The position numbers and the translations under genes are program-made. This document shows positions 1 to 9,439 of a stretch of 56,880 nucleotides of DNA, piece by piece. Source of the DNA: Salisapilia sapeloensis CBS 127946 (Eukaryota; Protista; Oomycota); NCBI GenBank assembly GCA_023334545.1, contig JAADVB010000110.1, forward strand, positions 1 through 56,880. Direction: 5' to 3'. Position 1 is the first letter of the stretch; every line of letters starts with the position of its first letter. The notes under the pieces were generated by a model, which saw nothing but the letters and a program-made list of their open reading frames with translations, searched no databases and was not told the DNA's origin.

Positions 1-234
1 CACTGGCGACATTCGTGAAGCGACGTTACATCGTATAGCATTGGTAGATCGTAGCACTTAGTCATGTCAGAAATCTTTTCTTGGTGCGGCATGGAAAATC
101 GGTTGAAGCTGTTGGCTCTCCGTGCTCACCATTGTGACCTTCAGTGTGTGAGACTTCGGTCACTCTGAAATAAAACGACCGGAATCATTCAGCCATATAA
201 GTGATGTGGCGTCAAGTGACCCCGAGCCATCTAT

Positions 235-917
235 CTAGGTGGTTGAACGGAATGGAGGCGGCCTCCAAAGGTGGGCGTCGTTTAAACCGTTAAGTTCAAT
301 ACGCGTTCTACTTTTGTCGCGACAACGACTGAAGATTGTATGTGCGTAAACCTCAGCACGTAGGAAGCCGGAGTTTGGCCAGTTGTAGTGTTTTTGATCT
401 CCTGTAGTTGCTCTAAAAAGCTTTCTTTTAACCATCTGCCCACCTTAATGCAGCCTCTGACTGAAGTTAAAAGCAACACGAAATGGTTTAATAGCTTTAT
501 ATCCCGATCTCAAATATGGCACTTAAAGATCTCCTTTACAATGATCAAAATTCCTGGCCACATCAACAAGAAGATAAGACTTTGGACACGCAGCTTCTCC
601 AGCGTCTCTAGATCTATCTTTCCCACCTCCAATTCCAGCATTATCATCTGACTTCTAATATACGCCGCTCACAAATTCATTTGCTGCAAGAACTCTGGAC
701 TCTCCAACTGAAAGAAGGTAGCCTTCTTAGAGAGCTACCTTGATACAACTTATCTTTGCTTGCAGTGTCATAAGGTGTACCTCCTTCCATTTGCTGGATA
801 TTAGTGATCGTTAGGTTTCAGTACACGTTATGCAGTATACCATAAACTTACATAAATAACAATAGATCCCGAGGCGATCTCCCTCCAGTCACCAGACCCC
901 GAAGGAACCGAGCACAT
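235..917 (-). pseudogene. Possible spliced pseudogene or relic of unknown family
   Basis: Two canonical-looking introns on the minus strand: 851-794 (58 nt, GTAAGT...CTAAC/CTAAT...CAG) and 738-684 (55 nt). They join an ATG at 917 to a frame interrupted by three TAA/TAG stops. No family recognised. Confidence 0.3.
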
Positions 918-1373
918 ATAATATCATTTCTCGGAATGGTTGAGCCCACATCCAGTGGGCTCCAAGGGTAGACGCAGACTAAACGAAAGTTCATATACCT
1001 CTGCCTTTGTAACAAAAAATAAAAATAATTGATTCCGATTTTCAACTGTCCATCTTCTTAAATTTAATATAAAGAGTCTTCATTTAAGTTTCCATGCTGC
1101 ACGCATCCTTTTTTTGTCGTACACCATGCAATTGCTCGTCCAAAGATGGCCTGATCAGGGTCGATGGTAAAACTCCAGCGCGCTGGTCAAAAACAATTCT
1201 AAATACAAGTATTAACCATATATGCTAGAGGTCGAATACATATTAAGTACTATTCAATTATGGCCATTTCGCGTGGAAATGACCAGATAGACTGTGCAGC
1301 CATCTTTGCGATGCATCTACTGATATACAGCCCTCCTGCCTTATCGCCATTTAGTTCCTTTTCAACCCTTTAA

Positions 1374-1727
1374 ATGCAGCTCCAGATCACTCTGTTAGTA
1401 ATAGCGGTACGATACCTGGATGCAGCTAAGGCAGTCTACGTTGCGTCGAAATTACAATTGCCGCATTCGACATTTCCAATACAAACTTTCACTTTAAAAC
1501 TTGCGTCTTCATGGCAACTTAAGAGTGCTTTAAAGGAGTTGAGAAAGTGTTGTCTATTGTCAAAGACATCGGAAGCAGTTCAGTTAAAGAAAATTTTCAT
1601 ATATCTAACGAAGGCTGCGCATTTAAAAATGATCGAATTGTTTGCGCAGTTTCCAATTCATGATGGCAAAACGGACTATATCTTTGACCATCAAGACTCC
1701 TTCATGGCTCGTTCTAGGCCACTTTAA
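1374..1727 (+). CDS. Candidate small secreted protein (117 aa), unknown function
   Basis: ATG-started ORF with a hydrophobic N-terminus (MQLQITLLVIAVRYLDA). No recognisable domain and no RXLR motif; may be spurious. Confidence 0.3.
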   Translation: MQLQITLLVIAVRYLDAAKAVYVASKLQLPHSTFPIQTFTLKLASSWQLKSALKELRKCCLLSKTSEAVQLKKIFIYLTKAAHLKMIELFAQFPIHDGKTDYIFDHQDSFMARSRPL

Positions 1728-2176
1728 CGCACACAATCGAACGACGCAATACACAATCGCTTCGATACTAACTGAAACAATGCTTAACTAGCAGAAGCAC
1801 GCGAGTAAATGCAAAGAGCACACATGAGCACGAACATTTAAATATGCTATCACCAAATGTCTGGTCTCTATCTCAACTCAGACACCTGATATGCACCGAG
1901 AGCTACCGACGAAGGTATCTCCACACGGGCACATGCCTCACATTACCGAGTATTTGACTAAAGCGTACATATACATGCGCTCATTCGTTGTTATCGTTGC
2001 TTCCTTGACTGTCATACGCATCCCTTCCGGTACTATCTGAATCCGAGCGCACATCGGGTTGTTTGATTGGACAACATCAGTTCGTGACAAGCGATTAACA
2101 ACTCTCATCGAACACCAAGCGCGAACTTCGCCTGGTCTTGATCTATATTTATCACACTTATAAACGCTCTTGCAGG

Positions 2177-4018
2177 ATGCTCCAGCAACTCGTCGTCTGG
2201 TTCTACACGCTCTTACATTTATTAAAGCGCAACGGCTCTCGCCTGCGTTGGCTCGCCATCATCCTCGTCGCCGTGTTCATCTTCCTTCGATCTTCCCCTG
2301 TCAAGCAGCAAAAGCCGAAGAAGGTGCATATCAATAAAGTGGACACGACCGTTAAGAATAGGGGCGACCTTATATCGCCAACACCTATACAGCAAGCATG
2401 GGCTCACGACGAATTTGAGTGTGTCGGATGGCAGCGACTGCATACATGTAAAAAGCCAGAAGAGAAGGAAAATAAGGGAAGGGAAGATGAAAAGGCACGA
2501 GTGATTGCTTTGCAGGAGCTAGCGGATGGAAATGATGGAGAGATGGGTGTCAAGGCACCGAAACCAGCGCTAATAATCCGCGAGGATGCTGAACGCCAAT
2601 TCTTGAATTGTAGTGAGCACATTCAGCCGCAAATGGCTGGCCATTGTGTCGTACGCAATCGCACGTCTGGCGAGTACTTTAATCTCATGGTAACCGACTG
2701 CGATTCATTGCCCAGTGGCCATTTTACGTGTGACATGGCCGCTAATTTCTCCGAGTACGGTCTCCGGTCCGTCGAGTATGAGCATGAGCCGACCGCACTG
2801 TCGTTGGCAGTACCAGCACCGGACAAGACGCCGCCAGTGGATGGTATCCTCATGGTCGTGTACGAAAAGGTGCTTCCATCTGCCTACGCGACGATCCGAA
2901 TGCTGCGTGTCCAAGGCTGTGATCTGCCGGTGGAAATGTGGTATCGTCCAGACGAGATGCAAGTGGATAGTCCTATCATCCATGAGCTCCTGGCGCACTA
3001 CAATGTCCGACTACGCTCGATATTCGACGACAGGGCGAAGGGTTTTCATGTGAAGCCATTCGCAGTCTACTACAGCAACTTTGATCGTGTTCTACTGTTG
3101 GACGCAGACAATTTGCCTGCTCGAGACCCAACGTACTTGTTTGATGATCCAGAGTTTGTACGTACAGGAGCCTTGTTCTGGCCAGACTTTTGGCAACCTT
3201 CCAATTCGTTGTTTAAACTGACAAACACATCGCTTATGTGGGAACTGACGGGTGTCTCGCCTATCGAGATGTTTGAACAGGAGAGTGGACAGGTGCTCAT
3301 TGATCGACAGATGAGTCGGAAGGCTTTGAATAAACTCATGTTCTACTCTGCGTACCAACCGCGGATGATGGAAGAGCTGCATTTGATTTGGGGAGACAAA
3401 GACCTCTTCCGTCTCGCGTGGTTAAACACATCTACTCCGTTTCATATGGTGTCCTACCCGCCTGCCGTTGGTGGCTTTGACTTGCGAGCGACGAAAGGAA
3501 TCTTCTGTGGCGCAGCTATGATCCAGCACGATGTCCAGGGCAACCTCGTCTTCTTCCACCGGAACGGCGTGAAGCTGACTGGGGATAAAGGTCAGCCGCA
3601 GATCATCACACACATCCAAGAGTATGCGTTGGAAGGTGACCCGAAAGATTTTCGCATCTACCAGGCAGTTTACGCGTGGAAAGAATGCTGCTACTACATT
3701 GGTACCGAGAGACTGCCGGATGGACGTCCAGCAGCGCAGATCACGCCGACGGCGCAGACGGAGTATGCGTCGATCGAAGAGCTGGCAATTGATTTTTCCA
3801 TGGAGGCGAAGAGGTTACTCCAGAAGAGGAAACGATCGACTTATTTGACAATCGGGAAGAAGGAAATTGTCGAAGTCGGTGCTCAAATGGCATTGGCAAT
3901 AATCATCGGAGCCATGACTGTCGGTATGATTTTCCTCGTCTGGTGTCTCGGGAGTCCGATGCGTGAGCGACTTCCGAGTCGATGGAAAGGAGTCGAGACG
4001 TCATCGAAAGAACGGTAG
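2177..4018 (+). CDS. GT71 (MNN2/Mannosyl_trans3-like) alpha-mannosyltransferase, membrane-anchored
   Basis: First ATG is at 2177 (the ORF track starts at a TTG). N-terminal signal anchor; motifs LLLDADN, GALFWPDFW, EQESGQVLIDR and WGDKDLFRLAW; second hydrophobic helix near the C-terminus. Confidence 0.9.
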   Translation: MLQQLVVWFYTLLHLLKRNGSRLRWLAIILVAVFIFLRSSPVKQQKPKKVHINKVDTTVKNRGDLISPTPIQQAWAHDEFECVGWQRLHTCKKPEEKENKGREDEKARVIALQELADGNDGEMGVKAPKPALIIREDAERQFLNCSEHIQPQMAGHCVVRNRTSGEYFNLMVTDCDSLPSGHFTCDMAANFSEYGLRSVEYEHEPTALSLAVPAPDKTPPVDGILMVVYEKVLPSAYATIRMLRVQGCDLPVEMWYRPDEMQVDSPIIHELLAHYNVRLRSIFDDRAKGFHVKPFAVYYSNFDRVLLLDADNLPARDPTYLFDDPEFVRTGALFWPDFWQPSNSLFKLTNTSLMWELTGVSPIEMFEQESGQVLIDRQMSRKALNKLMFYSAYQPRMMEELHLIWGDKDLFRLAWLNTSTPFHMVSYPPAVGGFDLRATKGIFCGAAMIQHDVQGNLVFFHRNGVKLTGDKGQPQIITHIQEYALEGDPKDFRIYQAVYAWKECCYYIGTERLPDGRPAAQITPTAQTEYASIEELAIDFSMEAKRLLQKRKRSTYLTIGKKEIVEVGAQMALAIIIGAMTVGMIFLVWCLGSPMRERLPSRWKGVETSSKER

Positions 4019-4389
4019 GTGTGTAGTGTATATAGGTCAAAAGAACGAGGATAACAGTATAGACTATTTCCATGCAAGTTTATGATTTGTATTCATTAAA
4101 GGTATCATGGACGCAGTGTTATCCTCCAAGCACTGATTTTTTCTAGTTGACATTTGTGCCAGTACTGATTTATAGTAAATGCTTATAGAATCACCTGTAT
4201 GTACGTGAATGGTCAACGCATGAGGATTGAAAAAAGTAGCACCGGAGCATAGAGCACATGCATCTCGACGCATGTATTCTTGTATGAATGTCTCGAAGGC
4301 GAGGAGCTGCCAAAAATAATCCTTTCGTGTGATTTCTGATAATATCTTCAAGCTTCCACATCCGTCAGCAAGAAATTTGAGCTCTTGGT

Positions 4390-4403
4390 TCATTTTCCAA
4401 TTT
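4390..4403 (+). promoter_or_regulatory. Oomycete INR+FPR core promoter of the CAP gene
   Basis: TCATTTTCCAATTT fits TCAYTYBNNNWTTY and ends 14 nt before the ATG at 4418. Confidence 0.6.
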
Positions 4404-4417
4404 GAGCTCTTCTACCA

Positions 4418-5068
4418 ATGCTATACACCATCCTTCTACTCGTCTTGCTCCAGACATGTGTCTGTATCGACGCTCGAAAGCTCCAAGAAGTCGACGTTGA
4501 TACGTTCATGAACGAAATGCTGAGTATGGTGAACAACGAACGAGGTCAGCGTGATTTAAATCCGCTCTATGCGAACTATAAACTCCAAGCTGCTGCCCAA
4601 GCACACTCACTTGACATGGCCAAGAACGACTACATGGCTCATGAAGGTTCAGACGGAAGTACGATCGCTGACCGGATCGACGCCCAAGGTTTCGTGTGGT
4701 CTCACATCGGTGAAAACGTCGCTGCTGGTCAACCCAACGTCTCGGCTGTGATGGAAGCGTGGATGAATTCTCCAGGCCATCGAGCTAACATCCTACGCAA
4801 AGACTTCGAGTACTTTGGTGCCGGGTACGCGTACAACGACGATTCTCTCTATAAAACCTTTTGGAGCCAAGAGTTCGGGACACCAAAGAAGAGTAGCTCA
4901 GACGCTGCTAGCAGCAAGCAAGACTATGACGGTAATGACTTTAGCGGGTACGATGACTACAAGGTCGGGAATTCACCGGATGATCCAAACGCTAGTACAT
5001 CGATCGGAAGTGGTGTCTACGGCACACTCTTCCGCTTTCTCCGTGCTGCATATAATGTAATCAATTAG
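4418..5068 (+). CDS. Secreted CAP/SCP (PR-1/allergen V5, YkwD-like) protein
   Basis: Signal peptide; motifs AAQAHSLDMA, MAHEGSDG, GENVAAGQ, WMNSPGHRANIL and FWSQEFG. Confidence 0.92.
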   Translation: MLYTILLLVLLQTCVCIDARKLQEVDVDTFMNEMLSMVNNERGQRDLNPLYANYKLQAAAQAHSLDMAKNDYMAHEGSDGSTIADRIDAQGFVWSHIGENVAAGQPNVSAVMEAWMNSPGHRANILRKDFEYFGAGYAYNDDSLYKTFWSQEFGTPKKSSSDAASSKQDYDGNDFSGYDDYKVGNSPDDPNASTSIGSGVYGTLFRFLRAAYNVIN

Positions 5069-5103
5069 AATCGAGGCAAATGTCCAAAGCTTCTGTATTA
5101 TCC

Positions 5104-8100
5104 TTAAGCCTTCTCTTCCCTTTGGAACTGTCGCTCTTCCTGTTCCGCACGGTCCTCCCACGGCTTCTTTTCCTCCGGCGTCATCTGCTGCCACCGGTCT
5201 AACAAGGTCTTCATCACGTCCATCATCGTTGCATCGGACCCGAGCTCATCCTTGATCTCCTGACGCATGTGCACACTAAAGAGCACATAGGCACTTCGCG
5301 GTCGACTCTGCTTCTTCGCCTTCTTCTTCTCGGCCTTGGCATCCTGCTGCTTCATCGCAGACGGCGACCAGGGCGATCGAGGCAGTCGACTTCCGTCCTC
5401 TTGCTTGGAGGACGCTTGACAAGAGGATGCGTCCTCGCCACTATCCTTCTTGGCTACCTTAGACGCCTTCTCCTCCGAGTCGGACGGCACTGGAGTCGTA
5501 AACTCTTCCTCCTTAATCCGCCACACGATCCGTCCATCCCGCAAGTCTTCCATGGGTTCTGCCATGGCACGAATACGCTTCAGCACGTACGGAGGCTGAA
5601 GTTCTTCTCCATCCTGCTCCTGCGTAAGTGCACAAAAGTCCATCGCGAGCTTGGCTGCGTCCTCCGAGTCCGCTCGTTGGACAAAGTTCGCTAGTTCCTG
5701 CACATGCCGCTCCACCTTTTCATCTTCCGAATCATGATCTCGTTGTCGCTTATTCTGTCGCTTCAGCTCTCGTTGTCTCTGCATCTTCCTCGCTTCTTTC
5801 ATGATCATATCATCCACTTTCTTCTGACTCTTCTTCAGTTCATCCCGTGCTTTTCGTAACTTTTTATCTAGTTCCGACCGTTGCTTCGATAAAGCAACTT
5901 GTGTCTCCATATCCTTCTTCTCTCGAGCTTCCATATCCGCATTATCACGTTCACACATGCGCATGAGCGAATCACATCGACGTCCAATCTCGACTGTCGT
6001 ACGTGATCGTAAGTAGTAATCAAACGCAAACATCTCTAGACGTTCGATCTCACTCTTAATACGTTCCCACGCACCGTATCCATGTTGATGGACAAGACAA
6101 AGGAGAATCCGATCTTCATCTTCCGTAAATCCTTTTCCTCCTTTTCCTTGAAAGTGCACTGGCATGTCTTCCCATGGATTACTGTATCTATTGATTTTAT
6201 CTGCCGTGGCTTTCGTCAGACGAGCGATCTCGAGTAACTTGCTTTCTCCTTTTTCAATCGACTTGAGTAGACGGGGCCAGTCGGAGAGTTCCGTCGGGCC
6301 GCGATCGAAGAAGACTTTAGCATATCGCTGGATCTCGTCTAGAGGTTTCCCCATCTCTCTCGAAATACTCTCAAGATCCTGTCGACCGTATCGAGCTAAG
6401 AGCTTGACAAAGAGAAAGTAGGCTGGTTTGTTCCACTCAAACGCTTCTGATAGCAGACGTTGCTTTTCTTCCAATAGATCACGAGGTAGATAAGGTGCAT
6501 GTGGATCCGGTTTCTCACTTTCCTTCCTTGCCTCTTCATATGCCGCAGCTTCCATCTCATGCAATTCGACTAGACGCTTGCGATTATAAAACTGCCATTC
6601 ATCCATACGTGGCAGACGCAAGTTCTTCGGTAGCAAGTTACTCGCATTCTTCTTCTCGTCTTTCGGGAGCACAGGTGCACGTGCTGCCGTCCGACGCTCG
6701 CGCTTGCCTCCACCCTCGACCATCGCTTTCGCAAGCTCTGCGTCGGCTAGTCTCTTCAGCTCCTCTTCTCTCGCACGTTCATTCGAGTAGTCGACGCCGT
6801 CGTGATTCTGAACGCCACCACCTTCGAGCTTAAAGTCAAGAAGATTGCCTTTATCGTGCGCCTGTAGCTTCTTCTGCATCTCCTCCGTCCTCTGCTCTCC
6901 CTTGGCAAGGATCGCGTCGATATCTTCATCCGTCACATTCGAGTCCGTCGCTCGGAACACTTGATCTGCACCGAACTTGATCATGTCGAGCATATCGCTC
7001 TTGGAGAGTTTATTCTGCTTGTCCTGAAGCCTACCTTGCTGCACGACCATGGCATCGAGCTTAAGCTTTTGTTGCGCGCGTTCGACGATCTTCTCTTCTA
7101 CGCTATCAGATGTGATGAGACGGTAGACGTTCACCTCTTTCTTCTGTCCGATGCGATGCGCTCGGTCTTGTGCCTGAAGATCGGACTGTGGATTCCAATC
7201 GCTGTCGTACAAGATGACAACGTCTGCAGTGTACAAGTTGATACCGAGACCACCAGCACGTGTGGAGAGGAGGAAGAGAAATTTGGAGGAATCTGGCGCG
7301 TTGAACTCCTCAATGGAGTTTTCACGTACTTCGTACGTCGTCTGACCATCGATGCGACAATAGCCATACTGTCTCATGCGGCAAAAGTCTTCTAGGATAT
7401 CCAGGACGCGTGTCATTTGCGTGAAAATGAGTACACGACTACCTCTTTCACGTAGTTTCGTCAAGAGTTTATCAAGCAATACCATTTTGCCACAATTTTC
7501 AATCACGTGATCTCCGAGCGGGTCTAAGTTCCGATCTTCTTGACCTTCAAACAAGTATGGATGACCGCAACATTTACGTAGTTGCATGACAATGTTCTGA
7601 AGCGCAGATTTTGAGACACCTTGAGCGCCATTCGTGATTGTTGCCATGTCACGAAGGAGAAGCGACTTGTATAGCTTCTTTTGCATGGCAGACATACCGA
7701 CGAAGAGCAGTGTTTCTTTCTTCGGTGGAAGAGTGCGTTCGACGTCGGCTTTGAGACGACGCAGCATGAATGGACGCAGGATCTTGTGTAGCTGCGTGAT
7801 CATCTGCTTCTTAGCTTCTTCATCATCAACGTCGAGGTTGAACCACTCGTCAAACTCTTGAGAAGACGCGAAGACGTCGGGTAGGAGGAAGTTGAGGAGT
7901 GCCCAGAGCTCATGCAGATTGTTCTGGAGAGGTGTACCGGTGAGTAGGAGTCGATGTTGTGTCTCGAGCTGTCGAACGGCCGTGGAGAATAATGACGCTT
8001 CATTCTTAATCCGATGCGCTTCGTCGATAACCAAGTACCTCCAAGCGAATTTCCCTAGCAATGCCTTTTCTTTCAACAGCATCTCGAACGTCGTGACGCA

Positions 8101-9126
8101 TACGTCGAATTTGCGTTCCTCGGCACTGATACCAGGTAAAAGGATCTCATTCGCGACACGCGTGCGCTCGGCCTTGTCGCCATGGAACTTGATCGTGCGT
8201 AGGGAAGGACACCACTTGCGGAATTCATTCAACCAGTTGCTTAATGTCGTCTTGGGGACGAGGACAATATGTGGACCAGAGATGTTCTCGTACTCGTGAA
8301 AGTATCCGAGGACCGAGATGGTCTGCAGTGTTTTTCCGAGTCCCATTTCATCCGCCAAGATACCGTTGATACCTTGATGCGCGAGGTTGACCATCCACGA
8401 CAGCCCTTCTAGCTGATACGCACGCATTTGGCCGTGCTGAATGACACTTGGCTGGTGCGTGAGGCGGACGAGAGACGGCTGAGTGCTCAATTGCTCGTCC
8501 TCCTCTTCACTCGTCCGTTTCTTCGACTTGTCCGTCTTCGTGTTCACGCTACCACTAAAGTGAGCAAAGATATCACTCTGTGAGAGCAGGTACTGGAGTC
8601 GCGCAGAAGCGATCTCTGACTTTTTATTCGCCAGCTCTTCCTTCTGACGAGCCTCCTCTGCCTTGAGCTCTTGCTTCTCCTTCCGGTGCTTTTCCTCTCG
8701 CGCCGAGCGCTGTCGAGGAGCTCTCTTGGCTGTCGCCTCGCGTGGGATCTGATGACTTTTGCGCTCACGCTTGCCATGCGCAGTGGCGGCCGCTGCCTCT
8801 CGTTTCAAGCGCCGGCTCTCCTCGATGGCTTTGTCTCGCGCTTGCGATTCTGACTGAAACCGCTGCTTGTCTTCTTCCGCGAGTTTATTAAACTTGCTCT
8901 TTTCCTTTGCCGGCATGTTTTTCCATCGCTTACTCATCTCCTTCATGACGGAGCCGAGCTCTGTCCCGGCGTTGGCTGCTTGCAAGTCTGCTTTCACTTG
9001 CGGCATGGCGTGCTTCTGATAGAATTGGAACGGCGTTAGAGCTTTTGTAATTGGCGCGTGCTCCTGTCCGTTCGACTGGAACTCTGGGTCGACGGCGACC
9101 CAATCGGACCGGTCCTCTTTCACCAT
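5104..9126 (-). CDS. ISWI: ISWI-family SNF2 chromatin-remodelling ATPase with HAND-SANT-SLIDE and N- and C-terminal HMG boxes
   Basis: Motifs ILADEMGLGKT, LVIDEAHRIKN, QLRKCCGHPYLF and QAQDRAHRIGQ; SLIDE-type YYLRSRTTVEIGRRCDSL; HMG-like segments at aa ~28-95 and ~1272-1337. Confidence 0.97.
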   Translation of the reverse strand: MVKEDRSDWVAVDPEFQSNGQEHAPITKALTPFQFYQKHAMPQVKADLQAANAGTELGSVMKEMSKRWKNMPAKEKSKFNKLAEEDKQRFQSESQARDKAIEESRRLKREAAAATAHGKRERKSHQIPREATAKRAPRQRSAREEKHRKEKQELKAEEARQKEELANKKSEIASARLQYLLSQSDIFAHFSGSVNTKTDKSKKRTSEEEDEQLSTQPSLVRLTHQPSVIQHGQMRAYQLEGLSWMVNLAHQGINGILADEMGLGKTLQTISVLGYFHEYENISGPHIVLVPKTTLSNWLNEFRKWCPSLRTIKFHGDKAERTRVANEILLPGISAEERKFDVCVTTFEMLLKEKALLGKFAWRYLVIDEAHRIKNEASLFSTAVRQLETQHRLLLTGTPLQNNLHELWALLNFLLPDVFASSQEFDEWFNLDVDDEEAKKQMITQLHKILRPFMLRRLKADVERTLPPKKETLLFVGMSAMQKKLYKSLLLRDMATITNGAQGVSKSALQNIVMQLRKCCGHPYLFEGQEDRNLDPLGDHVIENCGKMVLLDKLLTKLRERGSRVLIFTQMTRVLDILEDFCRMRQYGYCRIDGQTTYEVRENSIEEFNAPDSSKFLFLLSTRAGGLGINLYTADVVILYDSDWNPQSDLQAQDRAHRIGQKKEVNVYRLITSDSVEEKIVERAQQKLKLDAMVVQQGRLQDKQNKLSKSDMLDMIKFGADQVFRATDSNVTDEDIDAILAKGEQRTEEMQKKLQAHDKGNLLDFKLEGGGVQNHDGVDYSNERAREEELKRLADAELAKAMVEGGGKRERRTAARAPVLPKDEKKNASNLLPKNLRLPRMDEWQFYNRKRLVELHEMEAAAYEEARKESEKPDPHAPYLPRDLLEEKQRLLSEAFEWNKPAYFLFVKLLARYGRQDLESISREMGKPLDEIQRYAKVFFDRGPTELSDWPRLLKSIEKGESKLLEIARLTKATADKINRYSNPWEDMPVHFQGKGGKGFTEDEDRILLCLVHQHGYGAWERIKSEIERLEMFAFDYYLRSRTTVEIGRRCDSLMRMCERDNADMEAREKKDMETQVALSKQRSELDKKLRKARDELKKSQKKVDDMIMKEARKMQRQRELKRQNKRQRDHDSEDEKVERHVQELANFVQRADSEDAAKLAMDFCALTQEQDGEELQPPYVLKRIRAMAEPMEDLRDGRIVWRIKEEEFTTPVPSDSEEKASKVAKKDSGEDASSCQASSKQEDGSRLPRSPWSPSAMKQQDAKAEKKKAKKQSRPRSAYVLFSVHMRQEIKDELGSDATMMDVMKTLLDRWQQMTPEEKKPWEDRAEQEERQFQREEKA

Positions 9127-9439
9127 CTCAATATCGACGTCTAGACGATGGCTCTAGTAGGATCTACTTCGTAGCGAGTATAAAAACAAGTCTGTATTAA
9201 CTCGCGTACTCGTTGTTTCTTGAAAACAAAGTACACGATGGTAGAAGAATTAAAGGCTGAGGCGCCACAAACACCTCTCTCGAGACTTGTAAGGCAGCTC
9301 GAGGGTCGAGTGATTTCGCGCGTTGGTATTTATTTTCACAGGTTTCAACCGCATGATATTGGATTGTACGGGTGTCTCGATATAGTTGATCTTAGATACA
9401 AAGGTTATGTGGGACATGGGAAGAAATCTTTTTCTTAGT

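Noticed and set aside
430-660. Alternative genetic code (TAR=Gln) to explain the in-frame stops
   Set aside because: Other genes in the window terminate at TAA/TAG normally, so these are ordinary nonsense changes or non-coding sequence.
1175-1203. Helitron 3' end (GC palindrome followed by CTAA)
   Set aside because: CTAA is followed by A, not T, and no Rep/helicase remnants are visible.
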